Shown: piece after piece, positions 53,184 through 62,848 of the stretch
Position numbering within the stretch: position 1 is the first letter of the stretch
Layout of the letters: each line of letters begins with the position of its first letter
Origin: a virus
Taxonomy: Duplodnaviria; Caudoviricetes
Length of the DNA stretch: 64,000 nt
IMG/VR virus record: IMGVR_UViG_3300048854_000065
Location: 2,100 to 66,099 of that record
Strand: one strand, 5' to 3'
Translations under genes and position numbers: made by a program
The notes under the pieces: generated by a model
Databases searched by the model: none
The model's input: only the letters and a program-made list of their open reading frames with translations
What the model was told of the DNA's origin: nothing

Positions 53184-54380
53184 TTAGACTTGAGAGGCCG
53201 GTGAGGAATCGGTGAATCGGTGGGACTTTCGGTGGGACTGCTCGAAAGAGTGGGAAGCTGGTGGGAGTAGCTGCCCGATAGACTCAACCGCATCGCGATG
53301 TTGCTCCGTGGTGAAATGGGAGTACCGGCGAGCCATCAGCAAATACTGTGACGGGCTCCAGCCTGCGATCTCGCCGATCTGCTGGAGGGAGGTTCCAGCC
53401 ATCAGCATCCGGGTGATGCCGGTATGGCGTAGGTCATGGACCCGGCAACGAACCTTAGCCCTAGTCTGCGCTCCCTGCCATGCTGTCTTGATACTTCCGA
53501 TGTGGGTGGACGGGTCCGTGTCGTAGGCGATGCTCTGGTCTGTCGTCTTGCCGGGTTTGAAGAGGTGGCCGCTCCCACCATACCGCTCCGAAGGGAAGAC
53601 ATAATCATCGGGCTTGCGGTCGGGGAACTGTTCAGCCCACATCTGCAGAGTAAGGAACGCCTTCCCCGCGAGCGGGATGATGCGGTGATCTCCCGAGACG
53701 GTTTTGTCTTTGCCCCATTGCAGGCAGCGGGAGGCAAAGTTGACGTTCTTCCACTTCAGCCGAACGATGACTCCAAACCGGGCGATGGTGTATAGGGCAA
53801 CGATTGCGATCACGATCACAGATCGCGAACGGGACTTGGAGCACTCAGCCAGAAGCCGGGTCTCCTCGTCGGCAGAGAGAGCACGACCATGGCTCTCACG
53901 TTGCTTGAGCATTTTCACTTTGGGGGATTTGGTGTTGCCCTGAACGCGAGCCCACTGACCACAGAAGATGAGGACAGCTCGAATGGTTCCTATCTCATTG
54001 TTGATGGTTTTGTTGGCGGCACCCTTCTCTTTTCGAATGCGCTGGTAGCTGGCGATGTCTTCGGCCGATAGTTCAGTGGAGAAGTTCATGCCAAGGACCG
54101 GGAGGATGTGATCGAGATCGGTGCGAGCTATTCGAGCTGTGTTCTCTGACCAGCTAACCTTCTTCATGTCGTGCCAGTCTTCAGCTACAACTTTGAAGAG
54201 CTTTGGACCTTCTGCTTTCTTGAAACCGCTGCGACCCGATTCCAGCTCTTCACGTCGATTGCGTTCGACTCGGTTGGCCAGAGACTTGGTTCTCTGGTGT
54301 GTGGATTCTTTGATTCGGACTCCCTGAAAAATGAAATCCATCACGAAAACTTGTTGCCCTTTAGGTTTGTAGGTGGACAT
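53184..54380 (-). CDS. int: Tyrosine integrase
   Basis: HDLRHT (HxxR), AGWS, RRYSH catalytic Tyr, N-terminal arm-binding domain; adjacent to att. Confidence 0.95.
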   Translation of the reverse strand: MSTYKPKGQQVFVMDFIFQGVRIKESTHQRTKSLANRVERNRREELESGRSGFKKAEGPKLFKVVAEDWHDMKKVSWSENTARIARTDLDHILPVLGMNFSTELSAEDIASYQRIRKEKGAANKTINNEIGTIRAVLIFCGQWARVQGNTKSPKVKMLKQRESHGRALSADEETRLLAECSKSRSRSVIVIAIVALYTIARFGVIVRLKWKNVNFASRCLQWGKDKTVSGDHRIIPLAGKAFLTLQMWAEQFPDRKPDDYVFPSERYGGSGHLFKPGKTTDQSIAYDTDPSTHIGSIKTAWQGAQTRAKVRCRVHDLRHTGITRMLMAGTSLQQIGEIAGWSPSQYLLMARRYSHFTTEQHRDAVESIGQLLPPASHSFEQSHRKSHRFTDSSPASQV

Positions 54381-54401
54381 GGTGCGTAAAATTATATGGC
54401 A

Positions 54402-54440
54402 TTGACGGCAAGATTAAGTAATTGTAGGCTACAACCTACA
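54402..54440 (+). promoter_or_regulatory. Promoter for xis overlapped by a perfect operator
   Basis: TTGACG-17 bp-TAGGCT; operator TGTAGGCTACAACCTACA at 54423-54440. Confidence 0.7.
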
Positions 54441-54453
54441 TGGAGGTATCGCT

Positions 54454-54726
54454 TTGGTAAAGGGCAAATCGGAAGCCAAAAAGCTGGAAGTGGTGGACCG
54501 CAATCTGACGGTCGCAGAGGCAGCGGAGCAGTTGAGCGTCAAGGAAAAGACGGTGCGAGGGTGGATTCTACTGCGCAAGATTAGATATGTGAAGATCATG
54601 GGCGGGGCGGTTCGTATTCCTCAGTCGGCTGTAGGCGAGATGATCCGAACGATTCCTCCGCTCGCCAAAAAGAAGGGACCCGGCAGCGTAACAGCGGAGG
54701 AAATCCATGCCAGAGAATCTGCTTGA
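54454..54726 (+). CDS. Excisionase-like HTH_17 protein
   Basis: LTVAEAAEQLSVKEKTVRGWI...GGAVRIPQS; divergent from int. Confidence 0.85.
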   Translation: MVKGKSEAKKLEVVDRNLTVAEAAEQLSVKEKTVRGWILLRKIRYVKIMGGAVRIPQSAVGEMIRTIPPLAKKKGPGSVTAEEIHARESA

Positions 54727-54898
54727 TAGGCGTGAAGCACGGAAGGCTGAAGGCCGTAAGAAGGCCGACAGCAAAGCCACGGAGCCGGACTGGAAGACAC
54801 CCTGCTTCGTGTGTGGGGAGAAGCCTACGGTGCCCTGCACTGGCATGTGTGGGCCTTGTACGTTCGGCGAGGCAGAGACGGCTGGAGGCAACTGGTGA
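54707..54898 (+). CDS. Small zinc-binding protein
   Basis: CFVC...CGPC. Confidence 0.55.
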   Translation: MPENLLDRREARKAEGRKKADSKATEPDWKTPCFVCGEKPTVPCTGMCGPCTFGEAETAGGNW

Positions 54899-55155
54899 AC
54901 AGGCTGACGAATGGGCGACGTGCGCTGGAGCCTACATCGATTGAGAAGGGGCGGCCGGGTGAGCGCTTTCTTCGCGATGAAGAGGCGGTGCAGCTCGTAG
55001 ATGTAGGGGATCGGGTAGACTCCAGCCGCTACGTGGTGAGCATATGGATGCGCCGGATGGGATACCACGCAGACCCGGCAACCTGCATCCATTACCGTAA
55101 GACCTTCACGACACGAACGAAGTGGGTCTGCAGTGATTGCGGAACCTTTCTATAG
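54892..55155 (+). CDS. Hypothetical protein with C-terminal zinc ribbon
   Basis: CIHY...WVCSDCG; start uncertain. Confidence 0.45.
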   Translation: MVNRLTNGRRALEPTSIEKGRPGERFLRDEEAVQLVDVGDRVDSSRYVVSIWMRRMGYHADPATCIHYRKTFTTRTKWVCSDCGTFL

Positions 55156-55198
55156 CGAGAATGCTGGAAGTTGGATAGTCCTCAGTAGAAGAAACAAC

Positions 55199-55228
55199 AA
55201 AGGCCTCCGGGTGAGAACGGAGGCCTTT
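55199..55228. terminator. Bidirectional terminator between convergent operons
   Basis: AAAGGCCTCCG-N8-CGGAGGCCTTT. Confidence 0.8.
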
Positions 55229-55354
55229 CCTATTACTCTCTTCGTCTCCGTCTAAACCATCTTCCGTAGGTTGGTTTCCATAGAAGAGCGACAGCGAAGA
55301 CTACGAACAGCGCCAGAAAAGCGTAGGCGAGGGATGGCGGCATAGGGTTTCCTT

Positions 55355-55624
55355 TCAGGGTTCAAATACATCGTCATCGAAGGTGAGGCTTGGAGCCTTC
55401 TTCAGGAACATGGCGCGACGAGTCTCAGCGGTCATCGATTGGGCGACGACTCGCGCGAGCTGGCTGTAGGCGTTTGCTTCGTTCAAGCCAATCTCCCCGT
55501 TCAACACTTGCGTGCAGACGGCGTTGACTTGGTTCGCGAAACCTCGAATGGTTTGCGGTTGTTTCCAGCGCTTTTTCGAGCCGCTTGACGGCGCTGTTGA
55601 GGGCATGGAGTTCGGGCGGGACAT
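55355..55624 (-). CDS. Hypothetical protein
   Basis: VLNGEIGLNEANAYSQLARVVAQS helical motif; start uncertain. Confidence 0.5.
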   Translation of the reverse strand: MSRPNSMPSTAPSSGSKKRWKQPQTIRGFANQVNAVCTQVLNGEIGLNEANAYSQLARVVAQSMTAETRRAMFLKKAPSLTFDDDVFEP

Positions 55625-55817
55625 AGTAGCCAGTTTTCTCCCTGTAGGTGACGACGTGTCGGAATCTGGCTTCCGGGTTTGCTTTGACCCATCGTTTCGC
55701 AGCATCAGCTACGGCCTTCTTTCCGGTCGAGGTTTGTTTGTACGCACGCTTGTAGCAGCGTGGGCATGGACCATTTTTGCTGCGCTTATGTTCTCGTCGG
55801 CAGGATGGGCAGGGCAT
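55425..55817 (-). CDS. Zinc-binding protein resembling endonuclease N-terminal domains
   Basis: ATGA coupling; CPSC...CPRCYK...KRWVKANPE. Confidence 0.55.
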   Translation of the reverse strand: MPCPSCRREHKRSKNGPCPRCYKRAYKQTSTGKKAVADAAKRWVKANPEARFRHVVTYREKTGYYVPPELHALNSAVKRLEKALETTANHSRFREPSQRRLHASVERGDWLERSKRLQPARASRRPIDDR

Positions 55818-56450
55818 CAGAGTTCGCCAGCGAGGAGGTTCAATAGAACGCTGGTGTTCGGTTCGTCCATCGGCAGGAACTTGCCCATGCGATCCAGCAC
55901 GACAGCTTTGCGCTCGTTGGTATTTGCGTTCAGATAGTAGCGCTCGAAGCGTGCAGCGATCTGGATACCTCGCGCCATGCTCTCTGTCTCGGCCATCATC
56001 CATCCGATGTCGCTGATGATCTCTATACTCTCTCCAGAGCACGCATGCGCCGTATCGAAACCGTAGGTTACAGAGCCGTCCCACCAGTCCTGAAAGTAGG
56101 TGATGCCTCCATGAACCGGGACGTAGACGGCTATGCCTCGATAACCGGGAGCGATCAGGGGCATTGATGGGAACTGTGCATAGCCATTGAATCTACCCAC
56201 TTCGTTTAGAAGGGTGAGCTGTTCGTACAGGTCAGGCTTTTCCGCTTTGATTCGCATGGCTTCTTTGTAGACCGGATTCTCGCAGAGATAGAACTTCAGG
56301 TCGCCCTTGCTCCAGCAGAGGTACGCCAGATTGGAGATGCGATTCTCTTTGCTTTCGAGAATGCGAACGCGATGCTCAACCTGTTTGACCTGCATGCGCT
56401 CCAGCACGGCAGTCATCGCATCGATAAGATCATCCGGAATACCATCGCTC
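55817..56450 (-). CDS. Hypothetical protein
   Basis: VPVHGGITY...YGFDTAH motif; start at MSDG. Confidence 0.6.
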
Positions 56451-56991
56451 ATTGGGTAGCCAGCCATTCTTTTACGCTCGCAGGCATCTCGGGATCACGC
56501 TTGTACAGGCGTTCCACGCGATCACTATAGGGCCAGACGATGCTGTAGTCTTCGCCGGTCCATGGCTTCTGAAAGATGGGGTAGTTGCGATGCTCGTCAT
56601 TCAGCACGCAGGCGTCACCGTTCCATGAAGCATCGTCGGCACGCTCTAGAGAGAATTCAACGCCGAAGTAGCACAGACCAGTGTTGGCCCACGTCGTATC
56701 GATCAACGTGCCGTTTTCATCGGAGTTCCATCCGTGCAGAATGACCCTACCGTCAGGAGAAACGGCGAAGCCTTCGACATACTTCAGGCCATCTATGCCA
56801 GCTCTGGCGATGGCGTTGCCGAAGCATTGTTTCTGAACGCCGATAGGCCAGCGATGATCGTACTTGCCGACGTACTGACGGCCGTGAGCCAACACGAAGC
56901 CGAACGGAGAACGATAGCAGAGGCCGGGCAGCAAAGGGTACTGATCGTCAGCCTCACGCATCTGCTGCTTCAACTGCTTCAGAATCGTCAT
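56449..56991 (-). CDS. Hypothetical protein (transglutaminase/papain-like C...H-W pattern)
   Basis: KQCFGNA...YVEGFA...ILHGWN...IDTTW. Confidence 0.55.
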   Translation of the reverse strand: MTILKQLKQQMREADDQYPLLPGLCYRSPFGFVLAHGRQYVGKYDHRWPIGVQKQCFGNAIARAGIDGLKYVEGFAVSPDGRVILHGWNSDENGTLIDTTWANTGLCYFGVEFSLERADDASWNGDACVLNDEHRNYPIFQKPWTGEDYSIVWPYSDRVERLYKRDPEMPASVKEWLATQ

Positions 56992-57245
56992 ATATCTCCC
57001 AAGTATTCGAAGACGTGGATGCGTCTGCTTTTGTCATCCTGCAGAGTTCCATCGGGCATACGCTTCGCGATGAAGATCAGGCCAATCTCGCCAGCTTGGA
57101 ACGAAATGAATTTCTCGCCGATGGTTCCCACCCATGTAGTGATACAGGCGGGGTCTCCATCGCGACCTAGAATGACGACGGTCTTCTCTTTGAGTTCAGC
57201 CGCAGTCAACTCACGGCCAAACTCTTCATTCCCACCTATGACCAC
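56988..57245 (-). CDS. Hypothetical protein
   Basis: ORF track; coupled stops and starts. Confidence 0.55.
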   Translation of the reverse strand: MVIGGNEEFGRELTAAELKEKTVVILGRDGDPACITTWVGTIGEKFISFQAGEIGLIFIAKRMPDGTLQDDKSRRIHVFEYLGDI

Positions 57246-57901
57246 GTTCCACCCATCCCCGGTATAGCGTCCAGATCGGGAGCCTGTTCCTGCGGTGGCA
57301 CGCCTTCAGGGGTCGCCAGCACTACACCCATGCCCTCCTGTACTTCGTGGCCTACTACAGCCTCATCAATGGGAGCGCCATTGACCTTGCCAGTGGTTAC
57401 CAGTACCGGCACCTGCAGTAAACCTGCAGGCGGAGCGGATGGATTGAGCTGACGGTTGAGAGCGTTGATCGTGCTCTCTAGATTCGGAATCTCCATCTGC
57501 AGCCGGAGTACAGTGGCCTGTGCTTCGATCAGCGCTTTGCGTCTCTGTGTGAGGAGAGCTTCTGCGCTCTTGAGTGCAGTGTGGAAGGGGCTGTTGGCTA
57601 CGTCCCTGCGTTTGCGCGGTGCTTTTTCGGGTGATCCTTTGGTGCGGGGCATAGCTGTCTCCTGTTCGGGCAATGTTGGCTCCTGTGTTTCGCAAAATTT
57701 GAGACCGAGTGCGGTGATCTGACGACGGTCAAAGCCTGCAACTTCAAACGCGATGAAGAGGTCTTCGATCAGCAGTTCCCGCTGCACGCTGTCAGAGAGG
57801 CGAGAGGCGGTGGAGAGAGCCGCAACGCAGCTCTCCGCATCGGGGTAGCGAATCCGGAGCATCTTTACTGACTGCTCCGACGTGAATGAGGTTCTAGGCA
57901 T
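57236..57901 (-). CDS. Hypothetical coiled-coil protein
   Basis: ORF track. Confidence 0.55.
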   Translation of the reverse strand: MPRTSFTSEQSVKMLRIRYPDAESCVAALSTASRLSDSVQRELLIEDLFIAFEVAGFDRRQITALGLKFCETQEPTLPEQETAMPRTKGSPEKAPRKRRDVANSPFHTALKSAEALLTQRRKALIEAQATVLRLQMEIPNLESTINALNRQLNPSAPPAGLLQVPVLVTTGKVNGAPIDEAVVGHEVQEGMGVVLATPEGVPPQEQAPDLDAIPGMGGTWS

Positions 57902-59072
57902 GGGCTACTTGGGAGACCGGGACTGCAGGAGGAAGAAACTTCATGGAGCTGACGCGGAACCAACCGGGAATGCCGGTTCGTTCGATAGAGGCATTACCGC
58001 CTTTGCGATTCACTTCAGCCAGAAGCCACGTATGGAGCTGTGCGCGAGAGGGATGCGGAGCCGGGAGCGATTCAGCCAACCTTAGAACGTCGTCGGCACG
58101 GAATTCTTTACCGACGAGCTGAGGGAAGACACGCTCGCGAATAGCACCGATGCCGTAACCGCAAAGATTGACAGCCTTGGCGGCTTTTCCGGGGCCTCGC
58201 TTCTTTGTGGGACCCTCTTCGACTACGACAGGGAGCGATGGGAGAAGGGGCAACAGGTCAGCAGCTTCAGCGGCTAGCTGTTCGTGCTTGGCGATGTACT
58301 GTTCCAGTTGCGTTTGCTTTAGAACGTCCTGATCCTGTTGGGCCTTCAGAGCGGCGAACTGTTTTTCGTATTCTTCGAGGCGCACGTTGGTAGCGCTCAG
58401 TTCGTTACGCGCGCGTTCTAGCAGTTGAGACATGAAGTCATCCTCGCTTGTGGGTAATGTTAGGACTGGAGCCGGAACCAAAGGCGCTGCAGGAGCAGCC
58501 CTGCGAACAAAATGCTCTTCTGTTTTGCACTGATTGATGAAGGTGTTCATCGCCTCATCGCCCTCAGCATGGAGTAAACGATTCGCCTCTTCCATCTGTT
58601 CGGTTGTGAGGGTGCGGTAACTGGAGGGTTTTGGTTTCTGTTCAGCACGAATCTTACGGGGAGATCGGTGAACAGGCTCTTGCTCTTCGACCTTTAGGTC
58701 TTCGGGCATAGCAATGATAGTGAAGTCGATCTCTTTTTCGGGTACGGGTTCGCTGCCCGGTATGGCAGAAAATGCGGAGATGGATTTCTTGGATTGAAGG
58801 AGATCGCCGATGGTGTTACTGAGTGCAGTCTTCTTTCGTATGTTCCGGCCGCGATCCGCTATCGCTGGATGGGTGTGGCGAAGTTCCCGGCGAAGAGCGG
58901 AGAGGCAGTTTCGTACACCTCGATAGTCGCTTGGGGTTTTAGGACAAACGAAGAGCTTCCCGTTTGGCAGCTCATATTTTAGGTGGCCTTTTTGCGACAT
59001 CATCCGGCTGCCTGAGTCCTTCAGCATCGACATAATGTCCCGCATGCATAGGTCATTCACAGTATGTTGCAC
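57894..59072 (-). CDS. HicA-like N-terminal domain fused to coiled coil and C-terminal winged-helix-like region
   Basis: SQKGHLKYELPNG...PKTPSDYRGVRNCLSALRR. Confidence 0.6.
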   Translation of the reverse strand: MQHTVNDLCMRDIMSMLKDSGSRMMSQKGHLKYELPNGKLFVCPKTPSDYRGVRNCLSALRRELRHTHPAIADRGRNIRKKTALSNTIGDLLQSKKSISAFSAIPGSEPVPEKEIDFTIIAMPEDLKVEEQEPVHRSPRKIRAEQKPKPSSYRTLTTEQMEEANRLLHAEGDEAMNTFINQCKTEEHFVRRAAPAAPLVPAPVLTLPTSEDDFMSQLLERARNELSATNVRLEEYEKQFAALKAQQDQDVLKQTQLEQYIAKHEQLAAEAADLLPLLPSLPVVVEEGPTKKRGPGKAAKAVNLCGYGIGAIRERVFPQLVGKEFRADDVLRLAESLPAPHPSRAQLHTWLLAEVNRKGGNASIERTGIPGWFRVSSMKFLPPAVPVSQVAHA

Positions 59073-59086
59073 CTCCTCTGATTGAT

Positions 59087-59295
59087 TGTTGTCGCCAGCC
59101 TACAAGCGCAAGCGATTAAAGTCACACACAAAAGTTACATGCAAGGGGCATCCCAAGCAATACCCCTGCGTGACCTACATTTGCCCGATGTAGCCTTGGC
59201 GTACCCTTATTTACCCTGTAAACCACAGAAAATACAGCAACTTAGAAGGTGACAAAACCGAATCGCTTGCGCTACGGTGTAGGTTGCAGCCTACA
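59087..59295. promoter_or_regulatory. Symmetric divergent control region
   Basis: Operators at 59087-59104 and 59278-59295; inverted AGCGCAAGCGATT at 59105-59117 and 59261-59273. Confidence 0.75.
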
Positions 59296-59305
59296 TAGGA
59301 GCCAT

Positions 59306-60370
59306 GTGACTGAACCCCTCGCAGCCGCACTGAAGGTAATCACCCCGGTCTTGCAGTCCGACGATCCCCGGAGCGCTCTGGTAGCTGCCCGGTGCTACGG
59401 ATTGATGCATGGTTACGATGCCCGTTGGGGTGGTGCACCCTACCGGATCGACGGCGTAGAAGCCGTCCTGACTAGCGATCTCATCAACCCTGAAACCCAA
59501 CGCAAGAGCCGGAGTTTTACCGTCGCCGGAAAGATCGACGTACGGGCTACGGAGCTGGCGACCGATACGAAGGTGATCTTCGATCACAAGACCACCTCCT
59601 CCGACATCAGCGATCCCAACGCTGCCTACTGGCAGCAGCTTCGCATTGAAGGTCAGGTGAACCATTACATGCTGCTGGAGTGGTTGAATGGGAACCGCGT
59701 AGACGGTGCGGTGTGGGACGTGATGCGGAAGCCCGGTATCGCTCCTAGCAAACTGACCAAGGCGGAAGCCAAAGAGATTCTTGAGACCGGGATGTACTAC
59801 GGCCGCGTGGTGGACCCGGAAGATGTACGCGCAGTGATGAACGATGAGAAGCCACGCGAGTCGGCAATGATGTACGCCTCTCGTCTGATCCATGACTGCA
59901 CAGTGGAGCGGCCGCAGTGGTACTTCCAGCGTCGTCAGCTCGTCAGGCTGGACTCAGAAGTTCATGAGTACGCCACCGAACTGTGGGACCACGGTCAGGA
60001 CATCCTGCAGACCAGAGCCACAGGACGCAACCCGCGCAACTCTGGTGCGTGCATGACCTACAACTCTCCCTGTCGCTATCTCGGCGTATGCAGCGGACAC
60101 GACACGCTAGACAGTGGCCGCTGGCATAAGAGGGACTATGTACACAATGAGCTGCCCATCATCGGCCAGAGCCGTGGCGTGGATGTGCTTACCAATAGCC
60201 GTATCCGTACTTTTCAGACCTGTCGCCGTAAGCATGAATTGGATTATGAACAGGGCTACGAAAAGGTGGACGAAGAGGAGAAGGAAGTTCTCTTCTTCGG
60301 GAACCTCTGGCACTCGGCAAACGAAGCCTACTTCCGAACGCTGATGGAGCTTCAGGCGGTGGCCGCATGA
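59306..60370 (+). CDS. PD-(D/E)XK Cas4/AddB-like exonuclease, apparently circularly permuted
   Basis: GVE...AGKIDV...IFDHKT catalytic motif; C..Y..PC.Y..VC followed by LTNSRIRTFQTCRRK...FGNLWH. Confidence 0.8.
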   Translation: MTEPLAAALKVITPVLQSDDPRSALVAARCYGLMHGYDARWGGAPYRIDGVEAVLTSDLINPETQRKSRSFTVAGKIDVRATELATDTKVIFDHKTTSSDISDPNAAYWQQLRIEGQVNHYMLLEWLNGNRVDGAVWDVMRKPGIAPSKLTKAEAKEILETGMYYGRVVDPEDVRAVMNDEKPRESAMMYASRLIHDCTVERPQWYFQRRQLVRLDSEVHEYATELWDHGQDILQTRATGRNPRNSGACMTYNSPCRYLGVCSGHDTLDSGRWHKRDYVHNELPIIGQSRGVDVLTNSRIRTFQTCRRKHELDYEQGYEKVDEEEKEVLFFGNLWHSANEAYFRTLMELQAVAA

Positions 60371-60657
60371 TCCACCCGGAGATTAGAGAGATTCGCGTGC
60401 CCTTTTTTCTTCATCGCCCATCCATGGGAGACATTCAGCCTGCTGCTCCTCCGGAAATGATTCCGAACCTAGAGCTGCGCTTCTTCCCGGTATCGAAGGT
60501 GAACGGCAAGGGTGTGTATCGGTGCATGGATTGCGCCTTTTCCAATCTGGAATGGGTGGGCTTCGAAGAGCAGATTTTTGAGCATGCTCAGACTCATCAG
60601 CGCATGGCGCAATGGTATGAGACGAGGATTTTACCGATGTTGAAACGCAGTAAATAA
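60367..60657 (+). CDS. Hypothetical protein with C2H2-like motif
   Basis: YRCMDC-x16-HAQTH. Confidence 0.55.
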   Translation: MIHPEIREIRVPFFLHRPSMGDIQPAAPPEMIPNLELRFFPVSKVNGKGVYRCMDCAFSNLEWVGFEEQIFEHAQTHQRMAQWYETRILPMLKRSK

Positions 60658-60672
60658 GAAGGAGAAAACAGC

Positions 60673-61629
60673 ATGGCTAACCCTGTGCGCACGGCTCGGC
60701 AACCGCTGTCGGGTTCGTCCACTACGCCAAGCAGTTCAGCAAGAACATTGTCTCTTGCTGATGTAGCCACGAAGAGTAAGAACCCTCTTCCAAAACGGTA
60801 CGCATTCCATGCGTTGCCGGGATTCGGTAAGACTTCGGTGCTGGCCTACAGCCCGAACCCGATCTTCCTCATGACCCGAGGAGAGACCGGACTGAATACC
60901 CTGATCGATGCCGGTCAGATTCCACCCACCTCCCACTTTCCAGAGCTGCAGGACTGGAGCGAATTGCTTTCTGCTATTCGACTGCTGCGCACTGGTGTTC
61001 ACGATTACAAGACAGTAGTGCTCGATACTGCCAACGGTGCCGAACGCATGATGTACGAGTACGTATGCGAAAGGGACTTCGGTGGCGATTGGGGAGAGCG
61101 CGGCTTTGCTGGATACCAGCGCGGCTACGAGGTGGCCATGGACGATTGGAAGCACCTGCAGAACGAGCTGGACAAGCTGCGGCTGGAACGCAACATGACC
61201 GTGTTCTTTCTTATGCACACGCAGATCAAAACTTTCAAGAATCCTGCAGGTGCGGACTACGACAGGTACGTACCGAAGATGCATGACAAGGCTTGGAGCG
61301 TGACGCAGGGCTGGCTGGATGCGATCTTCTTCGGCAACTACGAAGTGATGGTGAAGCAAGGGACCAAGACGGCCGATCCCGGTAAGAAGGGCAAGGCCTC
61401 TGACCAGAGCTATCGCATTCTCTATACCGGATCAGAGCCGAATCCGATCTTCGATGCAAAGAACCGCATGGGGCTTCCGCAGGAGATCGAGATGGGTGAT
61501 TCGGCGAAAGAAGGCTGGACCGCTCTGAGTAACGCATTGAAGGCGGCTCGCAGGATTGAGCCGCAGAGTGCAGCAGCAGAGCCGGAGACGGCCGTAGCCG
61601 AACCAATCAAGGAGGTCGTCAATGGGTAA
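60673..61629 (+). CDS. AAA_24 / Sak4-like recombinase ATPase
   Basis: HALPGFGKT Walker A, YKTVVLDT Walker B, FLMH, AKNRMGLP. Confidence 0.88.
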   Translation: MANPVRTARQPLSGSSTTPSSSARTLSLADVATKSKNPLPKRYAFHALPGFGKTSVLAYSPNPIFLMTRGETGLNTLIDAGQIPPTSHFPELQDWSELLSAIRLLRTGVHDYKTVVLDTANGAERMMYEYVCERDFGGDWGERGFAGYQRGYEVAMDDWKHLQNELDKLRLERNMTVFFLMHTQIKTFKNPAGADYDRYVPKMHDKAWSVTQGWLDAIFFGNYEVMVKQGTKTADPGKKGKASDQSYRILYTGSEPNPIFDAKNRMGLPQEIEMGDSAKEGWTALSNALKAARRIEPQSAAAEPETAVAEPIKEVVNG

Positions 61630-62149
61630 GCCGTTTTATGAAGAGGGTCTGCACGTCGGAGAGATTACGCAGCATGGCATTGGACGCACGAAGAGCGATA
61701 AACCACAGATCGTTTGGCGGGTGAAGGTGTTGGGTTATCCCGAAGGGACCGACGGCCTGAAGCCGCACAGGGCACAGTACGAACGCACCATCTATCAGGT
61801 GATCTCAGAGAAGACGGTGCCCTTCGTCACGGAGCAGTTGAAGTCGATTGGCTTCGATGGAGAGAAGGTCTCGCAGCTCAATCCCGATCATCCTCAGCAC
61901 GTCGATATGCGTGGCATTCAGGTCAACCTGTGGTGCAAGCATGAAGACGATCTCGAAGGCGAACCGCGTGAGCGCTGGCAGTTCAGCCGTCCACCACAGG
62001 CTCTTGATTTGCCGCAGCTTGGCAACAAGGAAATCCGAGAGCTGGATTCTCTCTTCGGCCGCAACCGGAATGCAGCGAAGCCAGCTTCATCGGCTCGGGT
62101 GCAGAACGTTCACAACGAAGAGATCACCGACGAAGATATCCCGTTTTAG
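61622..62149 (+). CDS. Putative single-stranded DNA-binding protein (DUF669-like)
   Basis: After Sak4; acidic tail ending EITDEDIPF. Confidence 0.75.
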   Translation: MGKPFYEEGLHVGEITQHGIGRTKSDKPQIVWRVKVLGYPEGTDGLKPHRAQYERTIYQVISEKTVPFVTEQLKSIGFDGEKVSQLNPDHPQHVDMRGIQVNLWCKHEDDLEGEPRERWQFSRPPQALDLPQLGNKEIRELDSLFGRNRNAAKPASSARVQNVHNEEITDEDIPF

Positions 62150-62489
62150 GTGACTTTTCCCTTTGAGAGATAGGAGGGGGGTGAAGAAGACCATGGAGAG
62201 TACAAGCCAGCAACGTTTGTCTATCACATCGAATTTGTGGCTGAAGGCAACGAGGTTATGCAGGTCGATACAGTTGAGCCTGTTTGCGATCATCGCTACC
62301 CTGACAATCCTCAGCTCCAGTGCGACAGCACAAAAGAAGGACAGGGTGGATGGATCACCATTCGATCTGCCTTCGCGGTCATCGACTATCGAAAGCAGCC
62401 GTGACAATCCCGTTATCGCAACGATTCGACGCCTGACACCACATTATCGCTGCGTTGTACACGCCTGCTGCCCGTAGGAGCCGTATCGG

Positions 62490-62831
62490 ATGGCAGAGCA
62501 TAAAACGGTTCAGAACAAAAGGGAGAGACGTATGAGTTGGCAGTATCAACCACCCGTACCTGACGAGGTTCAGGAAAAGATCAACGCGGTGAATGCAGAG
62601 AAGGCGCAAGCGAGCTTTGTGAATGGCTGCCCTCCTCCGCTGACTTATGGAGGCCAGCTTCAGGGACAGGCACAAGCCTTCGGACTTCGCGAGTCTCTGT
62701 CGCATCGTATTGAGCGTCAGCTTGAGAATGCCCGTAGTGATCGCGACCGCTATGCTCGCGCTCTGGACATCCTGAAGCGTCATCCTGAGTTCGAAGAGCT
62801 GATCGAACTTCTCAACATGCATTTGATCTAG
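62490..62831 (+). CDS. Hypothetical protein
   Basis: ORF track; coiled-coil C-half. Confidence 0.55.
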   Translation: MAEHKTVQNKRERRMSWQYQPPVPDEVQEKINAVNAEKAQASFVNGCPPPLTYGGQLQGQAQAFGLRESLSHRIERQLENARSDRDRYARALDILKRHPEFEELIELLNMHLI

Positions 62832-62848
62832 AAAGCGGAGGTAACACC

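Noticed and set aside
62163-62477. ORF-track 104-aa ORF after the SSB gene
   Set aside because: Ser/Arg-rich composition with no motif and an uncertain start; cannot be supported as a gene.
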